Positions 58,191 to 64,000 of a DNA stretch of 64,000 bases are shown here, piece after piece. The notes under the pieces are model-generated. The model made no database searches and had not been told where the DNA came from. It saw nothing but the letters and a program-made list of their open reading frames with translations. How positions within the stretch are numbered: the stretch's first letter is position 1; every line of letters starts with the position of its first letter. Made by a program: the position numbers and the translations under genes. Source of the stretch: a bacterium (lineage in GTDB: Bacteria; JAMCPX01); the NCBI GenBank assembly GCA_021792615.1, contig JAJYUJ010000006.1:15700-79699 (forward strand), in the 5' to 3' direction.

Positions 58191-59699
58191 TTACTTAAAA
58201 GAAACCTGATAAGCTAAGCCTATTTTTCGAATATCAAAAGTTTTCTGCAGATCAGGAATAAAATAGTATTGAGCATTATTATCGGCAAGAAACACTGTCC
58301 TTTTGTCCTTCAACTCTGCTGAAATATAACGAGTTAGAGCACTACCGCCATCCTTGCCCATAAAAACATATTGATCCTCATCCACGATAGTTACATCTTT
58401 TCTTAAGCCGTAAGCATTCTGATAATACCGTAAAACCTCTTCCGGGGTAAAATCCGAGATTAAAATCGCATTTTCTGGCAATGCTGCAAATATTTCGTTT
58501 GAATATTTCATAGGACCATAATTTCTATTTTTGTTTGGAACAAGGAAATATTCAACATTATTCCTAAAAGGCAGTGTCCGTGCATGAACAACCATCATCT
58601 TAGGATGACTCAATAAATATGCTGAAACGGTATTATAAAAAGCTATTGGAGTAACAAATAATAGGACCAACAATAAAACAGAGACAGTATTAGTTTTGGT
58701 AAATGAAAAATGTTTATTTAACCATTTTATCCCGTATCCAATAATAATAGAAAAAATCATAAAACTTGGAACCAAAAGGTTAAAAGCACGCTGTAGCATA
58801 TAAACGGATGCGAAGAAAACATCTAAAATAAATACTATAGCTAATGAGTAAAAGAATATTTTTTCTGTTTTAAGACTTTCGTATATTCCCATAACACCTA
58901 TTATGAGACCCCATACAGGGAATTGATAGAACAGGTAAGCCGGATATAAGATTAGTTGTTTAACAAAATGCTGAAATGACATAAAATAGGCTTTTATGCC
59001 CAAATTTATTTCCAAAATTATACTTTCAAATGGATGAGTATTGAATACATGTGATGCTGCATATATTTTTAACAACGAAAGAGGCAAAACAAAACCAAAA
59101 AGAATTCCAATAAATATTGCAGCTATTTTTCTATTGTTCAATATGATCTTTTTATCTATTGATAAAAAGAAATATAAATATGCCGGTAAAAATACCACTA
59201 ATAACATGTTTGCAAAAACACTGAGAGCGTACGACAGCGTAAATAAAAACAGATATAGCGGTTTATGATTCTCCTTATATTTGATCATGATGAAAAGTAA
59301 TATTGCAAAAAAGAAATAGGTTAAAGAATAACTTTCATTTACGACAGACATAAACCAAAACATTTGTGATACAGCAAGTGAAATTACAGCCGCTAATGCG
59401 GCAATCTTAGAACCTAATATCTTCTCGCTATCAAGGTAGAATATACCAAGAGTTAAAGACCCCCAAAATGCTGACATGAGATTTTGCTTATAAGCAATAT
59501 CCCTAATCGGCAATAGATTAAAAAGTAATCCAAGCAGTGTATGAAGGTTGTGTCCACCAACAAAATCGAAAGTGAATTTTTTATTTATAACATAATTTAC
59601 AAGCTTAGCACTATCTCCCCATGTTATGCCCGGAGATAATGTGTATAAATAAAGGCCAAAGCTGAAAATTGTTACCAATATCCAGAAATATTTACGCAT
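58191..59699 (-). CDS. DUF2723/TMEM260-like GT-C-fold protein (putative protein O-glycosyl/mannosyltransferase family)
   Basis: The start is taken at MRKYFWILV (59699), which makes a TAATG overlap with the upstream GT4 stop. The N-terminal signature YLYTLSPGITWGDSAKL fits DUF2723. There are ~10 TM helices and a soluble C-terminal domain. Confidence 0.55.
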   Translation of the reverse strand: MRKYFWILVTIFSFGLYLYTLSPGITWGDSAKLVNYVINKKFTFDFVGGHNLHTLLGLLFNLLPIRDIAYKQNLMSAFWGSLTLGIFYLDSEKILGSKIAALAAVISLAVSQMFWFMSVVNESYSLTYFFFAILLFIMIKYKENHKPLYLFLFTLSYALSVFANMLLVVFLPAYLYFFLSIDKKIILNNRKIAAIFIGILFGFVLPLSLLKIYAASHVFNTHPFESIILEINLGIKAYFMSFQHFVKQLILYPAYLFYQFPVWGLIIGVMGIYESLKTEKIFFYSLAIVFILDVFFASVYMLQRAFNLLVPSFMIFSIIIGYGIKWLNKHFSFTKTNTVSVLLLVLLFVTPIAFYNTVSAYLLSHPKMMVVHARTLPFRNNVEYFLVPNKNRNYGPMKYSNEIFAALPENAILISDFTPEEVLRYYQNAYGLRKDVTIVDEDQYVFMGKDGGSALTRYISAELKDKRTVFLADNNAQYYFIPDLQKTFDIRKIGLAYQVSFK

Positions 59700-60793
59700 T
59701 ACAATGATCCGTCTTCTCCACCGACTTTCCTTAAAACCTCCACATATTTGGGTGCCCATACTTTGACAGAATATCGTTCTTCTACTGTTTTCCGCCCAGC
59801 CTTTCCAAGACTCTGTCTTAACTCAGGATTTTCTATCAGTAACGTTAATTTCTTAATCCATTCTTCTTCATCTTTAGCCAGAAATCCATTTACCCCATCC
59901 TGTATGATCTCTGTATTTACACCAACCGGAGACGCCACGCATGGTATCTCCATAGCCATATACTGCAATGCCTTCAATCCGCACTTGCCCTTTGCCCACT
60001 CGTCATCAGGTAATGGCATAATGCCTATATCAAATTCAGCCATCTCTGCCAATTCCGTATTCAATGACCACTTAATGCAATTTGTTTGAATACCAGAAGC
60101 ATTGTATGTTCCACCTATAACATTCAGTCTGTAATGTTGAGGCAGGTGCTTCCAAATATTATCAAGCAATTTAAGATACATAGCTGTAGATCCGCTGCCT
60201 ATCCACCCAATCACAAGATTTTGTTGCTGTTTTTGTACCTGTGCAACAGGTTTGTAATAATCCGTATCAACCACAGTGGGTATAACGGAAACATTATTAT
60301 TGAATAACCTTGAATGCCGGGCAAGATATTCATTGCCGGCAATTATATGCGTGAAAAGCTTCATGATCTTGTCAAACTTCTTCTCGGATTTTACAATTTT
60401 TTTAATAAAAGGGCTTATACCTGTCTGGCTTTTAACCGGTATCCATATTGCATCGTCAAAATCAAATATGGTTGGTATACCTTTTCTTGAGATGTATCTT
60501 TCTATCCATGGTCTACCGAACAGCATCGCTTCTCTATAAACCACTACAACATCATAAGATTGGATATTGGATAAACTCCGCATCTGCCGTATTATACCAT
60601 TTATGAGGATGCTGATCTTTGTAAACAGTGAAGAGGTTGATTCATTATATATCCGCATATATTCCCCACCATTAAGAAAAGTACTTATTGTATATTCGAT
60701 GCCTGCCTTCTTAAAATATGGCAGATATTGATATATACGGAACCTTGGACCGGGAGATTCAATTGGATGCGGTAAAAGTATTAAGATCTTCAT
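59699..60793 (-). CDS. GT4-family glycosyltransferase (GT-B fold)
   Basis: 364 aa. The C-terminal domain carries the EX7E-like region (EFDIGIMPL...GLKALQYMAMEIPCVASPVGVNTEIIQDGVNGFL). Confidence 0.8.
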   Translation of the reverse strand: MKILILLPHPIESPGPRFRIYQYLPYFKKAGIEYTISTFLNGGEYMRIYNESTSSLFTKISILINGIIRQMRSLSNIQSYDVVVVYREAMLFGRPWIERYISRKGIPTIFDFDDAIWIPVKSQTGISPFIKKIVKSEKKFDKIMKLFTHIIAGNEYLARHSRLFNNNVSVIPTVVDTDYYKPVAQVQKQQQNLVIGWIGSGSTAMYLKLLDNIWKHLPQHYRLNVIGGTYNASGIQTNCIKWSLNTELAEMAEFDIGIMPLPDDEWAKGKCGLKALQYMAMEIPCVASPVGVNTEIIQDGVNGFLAKDEEEWIKKLTLLIENPELRQSLGKAGRKTVEERYSVKVWAPKYVEVLRKVGGEDGSL

Positions 60794-60811
60794 TGCTTTT
60801 CTTTATTCGTT

Positions 60812-61681
60812 TTAGACCTCTACTTTGAATTTCGTCCTTTTTATAAAAGCAGCTACATCTTTCACTGCTATCAGATTCTCTAAATGAGAAGATACATAAT
60901 GAGATGTGTCCTTAATTTCACAAATGTGTTCTTTCCCCACTATTCTAAATATCTTATAGCCTTTTGTGGTAAGAAAGGATAACACATCCTGAGTCCCATA
61001 AGCAAATCTGTTGTACTGCCCTTCATATGATTCATAATAAATACAATCCGTTTTATCCAATACATCTCCCGCACCTTTTAAAACAAATAATTCGTACCCC
61101 TCTGTATCTATTTTAAGAAGATTAATCCTCTGAATCGTAGAAGGTATCAAATCCTCTAATTTTGAAAGTTTTGTTTTAACAGTTTTGATGTTATTTGATT
61201 TGCCTGCCACAATATAGTTACAACCGTCAGACCTCAAATCTGCCAATTCAGCAACTGAATTTTGATCCCCAAGAGCCATACAGAAGGGTTCTATATTGCG
61301 GAACTCGTTTAATTTTATATTCTTTAATAGATATTTATTGTATGTTTTGGGATTAGCTTCAAAAGCATACACTTTACCATTCTCTTTTGCCAATGAAGCA
61401 CTCAATAAGGTTAATTCCCCAATATTGGCCCCAATGTCTACAATTATATCTCCACTTTTGAGATAACTTATAAAAAAGTTTTCGTCGTATTGTCTATCGC
61501 TTGGGATTGTATACAGTCCTCTTGAATATGTAGTTGAATAAAACTTTATCTTATATCTTCCACGATCTATCAAAAACGGCATGGAAATCCCTATTTTTCT
61601 GAGCAATTCAGCTATAATTAGCTTACATGAATGTTCATGACTTAATAATCTTTGAACTTTCTTTAAAAGTATATTCCCCAT
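60812..61681 (-). CDS. FkbM-family SAM-dependent methyltransferase
   Basis: SAM-binding motif VDIGANIGELTL and FkbM-type core (VYAFEANP). Confidence 0.75.
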   Translation of the reverse strand: MGNILLKKVQRLLSHEHSCKLIIAELLRKIGISMPFLIDRGRYKIKFYSTTYSRGLYTIPSDRQYDENFFISYLKSGDIIVDIGANIGELTLLSASLAKENGKVYAFEANPKTYNKYLLKNIKLNEFRNIEPFCMALGDQNSVAELADLRSDGCNYIVAGKSNNIKTVKTKLSKLEDLIPSTIQRINLLKIDTEGYELFVLKGAGDVLDKTDCIYYESYEGQYNRFAYGTQDVLSFLTTKGYKIFRIVGKEHICEIKDTSHYVSSHLENLIAVKDVAAFIKRTKFKVEV

Positions 61682-61729
61682 ATCCTCTATCCTCTTTTAA
61701 TTTTCTTATTGTATTTTATATAATGCAAG

Positions 61730-62560
61730 TTACTCTATATTTCTCATATCTTCGCGAGAAATCAACCTCTCATATATCGGTGAGGCTTCATTGACAAGTT
61801 CAAATTTGCTAAGACCTTTGATGAACTGTTTCCTTTTAAAAGTCAACATTTGATACAAAGCTGGTATCTTATATTTATCAATGACAGCGGTAATTTTTCC
61901 TATCATACTTCCAGAGGCAACATAATCTATCGAAGATTTAAAATATTCAAGTTTGACAGGGGGCGGGTATAGACAACGAAATGAGGCAATACCACCATAG
62001 TTATAGAATTTATGCCATGCATCAGAAGTTGTTATAAGTGGGGTGTTAACTTTAATCATACCTTTTGCTGCTTCCTTATGGACTACGTACGCTGTTGCTG
62101 CTGCTACATCCTGAATATTAATGGGATATAATAATTTCCCTGATTTTAACGTCTCTGCCCCTTTTAAGGATAATTTTATAATCTGATGAGAGGTATAAAA
62201 AAGGGATATAACTTCATTTTTCCCGATCACATGGCTAAGTTCGGTTAATATATCGTTTATGTTTTTGGGCAATAAAGCATCGTCCTCTATAATAAAGGCA
62301 TATTCTAAATTTTGTTCCACCATTTTATTTAATACAAGATAGTGAGATATTGAACAACCAAGCATTCCGTTTGATGCATAATATCCACTGTGATTCCTTA
62401 CAGCGTTAATATCACAATAATGAGATATTTCACCTTCGGTTAGTAACTGTCCGTCTACAGCATCAAAAAGCTCATAATCTACATGCAATCTATTGCATTG
62501 ATCAACCATAAATTCTCTTCTTCGCTTAGACCTTTCTAAACTAATTATGAATGTTTTCAT
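61730..62560 (-). CDS. GT25-family glycosyltransferase (LPS/LOS beta-glycosyltransferase Lic2B-like)
   Basis: N-terminus MKTFIISLERSKRRREFMVDQ...ELFDAVDG is typical of Glyco_transf_25. Confidence 0.8.
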   Translation of the reverse strand: MKTFIISLERSKRRREFMVDQCNRLHVDYELFDAVDGQLLTEGEISHYCDINAVRNHSGYYASNGMLGCSISHYLVLNKMVEQNLEYAFIIEDDALLPKNINDILTELSHVIGKNEVISLFYTSHQIIKLSLKGAETLKSGKLLYPINIQDVAAATAYVVHKEAAKGMIKVNTPLITTSDAWHKFYNYGGIASFRCLYPPPVKLEYFKSSIDYVASGSMIGKITAVIDKYKIPALYQMLTFKRKQFIKGLSKFELVNEASPIYERLISREDMRNIE

Positions 62561-62592
62561 GTATAACTCTTTGAGACTATTTTAATTGGAAT

Positions 62593-63852
62593 TTATAAGT
62601 TTTCATATATCCCCTTATACCTCTCAACACCAACTTCCACAGACATCTGTTTGATTACAAATTCTCGTGCACGGTTTTGAAAGTCATGCTCTCTTGTATA
62701 TGACAGTGCTATTTCAAACGCCCGTTTAAACTCCTCATCGTTAAACCTATAAACAATAGATCCAAGATTATTTCCAAGAATTATTTCTTCCGTATCTCCT
62801 ACTCCTGAGTTCCCAATCACCGGCAATCCACATGCAAGATATTCCGCAAGCTTGGTTGGAGATGATGACTGTTTTGCAAAACTGGGTTTAATAAAGAATA
62901 TACCTATATCAGTTGCCCATAGATATTTGTAGACAACATCAGGACTTACAACTTTAATCAGATAATCTGACACTTCCACTCCACTGCTTTCGAGAAACTG
63001 TTTCGCATATTTATGTTCACTCTTATTAAGTATAAGAAAGAACGCCTTAGGGTATGCATTTTTTACTGCATTAAAGTACTCTACCATTTTATCAAACATA
63101 TACCATGTTCCGAGAGACCCGGAGTAAACGACCACAAGTCTATCTGATACATCAAGTTCTTTCCGAATTCTCTCCCTTTCTGGCAGATCTCTTGCAGGAA
63201 AACGTTTACTGTCAACGCAGGTTGGGATAACAGTAATTGGAGCATTAATATAAGCAAATGGTTTTAGATATGTACTTATATTATTTGTAAGCACCACTAT
63301 CGCATCTGCATTTTTAAGCATCTTCTTTTCAGCCAATTTTGTAATTTTGTAGCTTATACTTTTTCTTGTCCATTGCCCTGCATCCACCTTCTCATCAGCC
63401 ATCATACCACGCATATCAAATATGATTTTTGTACTTATGAGCTTTTTTAAAAGCAATGCCATCATTCCTGGCACATAACTCCGTGCATGAATAATGTAAT
63501 ATGGCTCCTGAGTATAAAAGAGGATTGCTTTTACGATGCCATGCGAGATGTCATACACAGAGGAGAAAAAATGAGGATATTTATGGTATTTCAGGGCAAT
63601 CCATCCAATACCGGCTTCATCAAGCTGTATTTTAACCTTTTGATATTCCTTTTCAAAATCCTTTTCATAATGGTGCTCAAAAGATAATATTGTAAACTTA
63701 TAGCCCTGTTTAGAAAGCCCGATTATATACGGTATCACCTGTGATTGTCCCAGCGGCTGACACAGACCATTATAGGTGAAATAAAGTACTCTATTAAAAC
63801 GCCGGTTGAAATTAACAAAAGGGAATAAAAAGATTCTGACCGCCCATTCCAA
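62593..63852 (-). CDS. GT4-family glycosyltransferase; N-terminal boundary uncertain
   Basis: N-domain VLYFTYNGLCQPLGQSQVIPYIIGL and C-domain PTKLAEYLACGLPVIGNSGVGDTEEI (EX7E-like). The listed start is a TTG codon. The same frame has no stop up to the window end at 64000. Confidence 0.7.
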   Translation of the reverse strand: MEWAVRIFLFPFVNFNRRFNRVLYFTYNGLCQPLGQSQVIPYIIGLSKQGYKFTILSFEHHYEKDFEKEYQKVKIQLDEAGIGWIALKYHKYPHFFSSVYDISHGIVKAILFYTQEPYYIIHARSYVPGMMALLLKKLISTKIIFDMRGMMADEKVDAGQWTRKSISYKITKLAEKKMLKNADAIVVLTNNISTYLKPFAYINAPITVIPTCVDSKRFPARDLPERERIRKELDVSDRLVVVYSGSLGTWYMFDKMVEYFNAVKNAYPKAFFLILNKSEHKYAKQFLESSGVEVSDYLIKVVSPDVVYKYLWATDIGIFFIKPSFAKQSSSPTKLAEYLACGLPVIGNSGVGDTEEIILGNNLGSIVYRFNDEEFKRAFEIALSYTREHDFQNRAREFVIKQMSVEVGVERYKGIYENL

Positions 63853-64000
63853 AAATCGCGATGTAAATAATATGTTGGGATCAGAGAGTAATGCCTTTTT
63901 TACGAAAGGCTTGGCATTGTCCAGATCATTTTTAGAAAAATAAGCTATTGCTATATATAAATAACCGTATGCATAAGCTTTATGTTTGTATTTTTTTATA

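Noticed and set aside
1-64000. tRNA/rRNA genes
   Set aside because: Scanning intergenic regions for T-loop GTTCGAATC/GTTCAAATC-type motifs and rRNA-like conserved stretches found nothing outside coding sequence. No confident call is possible without a covariance search.

Overview
This 64-kb window is a bacterial chromosomal segment, mostly minus-strand genes packed into long co-directional operons. Features such as a DUF507 gene pair, alternative-heme-type radical SAM next to hemB, and a GAF-sigma54 activator beside glnA suggest a Nitrospirota- or Deltaproteobacteria-like lineage, but this is not certain.

Core housekeeping blocks:
- mreC'-mreB-argG at the left end.
- ilvD-ilvB-ilvN-ilvC.
- hemB plus an AhbD/NirJ-like radical SAM.
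- Tandem plsC paralogs.
- yggS-proC-dCMP deaminase.
- coaE, miaA.
- A nitrogen-assimilation cluster: two tandem amt genes separated by a class-I GATase, then glnA and a NifA-like activator. No glnK is present.
- A TolC-MFP-RND-RND efflux operon.

Accessory or unusual content:
1. A tightly coupled non-canonical chaperone module: J-domain/TPR protein, a truncated Hsp70 paralog, and a TPR protein. The two partners share an unassigned ~45-aa domain. The module is fused operonically to argG-mreBC.
2. A Ser/Thr-kinase-like protein with an N-terminal Zn-ribbon, DFG->EFG and HRD->HGD substitutions, a long P/E/K-rich linker, a TM helix and an extracytoplasmic FGE-sulfatase domain that keeps both Cys. 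It is followed directly by a Ste24-like M48 protease.
3. A low-GC islet of three envelope proteins (TM-anchored protein, YVTN beta-propeller lipoprotein, PKD+BNR lipoprotein). Beside it lie a 480-bp GC-rich ORF-free block and an orphan MNT-type nucleotidyltransferase with no HEPN partner.
4. Two glycan loci rich in GT-C-fold enzymes. One is an ArnB/ArnC-like module with an LbH acetyltransferase and a TMTC/PMT-like GT-C-TPR protein. The other is a low-GC locus with tandem GT-C-like paralogs, a DUF2723/TMEM260-like protein, GT4, GT25 and an FkbM methyltransferase.
5. A dispersed family of small hairpin repeats, GTCATTCC-(hairpin)-GGAATCCAG, which generates the spurious WIPAFAGMT and CHCERSEAI peptides. 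One copy sits inside an OMP signal-peptide coding region, one between the two RND genes, and two inside a 430-bp segment bounded by 20-bp direct repeats.
6. A 700-bp ORF-free, hairpin-rich region with three copies of a TCTAACGGGGTTT motif in a MITE-like arrangement, and a degenerate heptanucleotide tandem array at the 3' end of hemB.

No tRNA or rRNA genes, CRISPR arrays or transposase genes were recognised.
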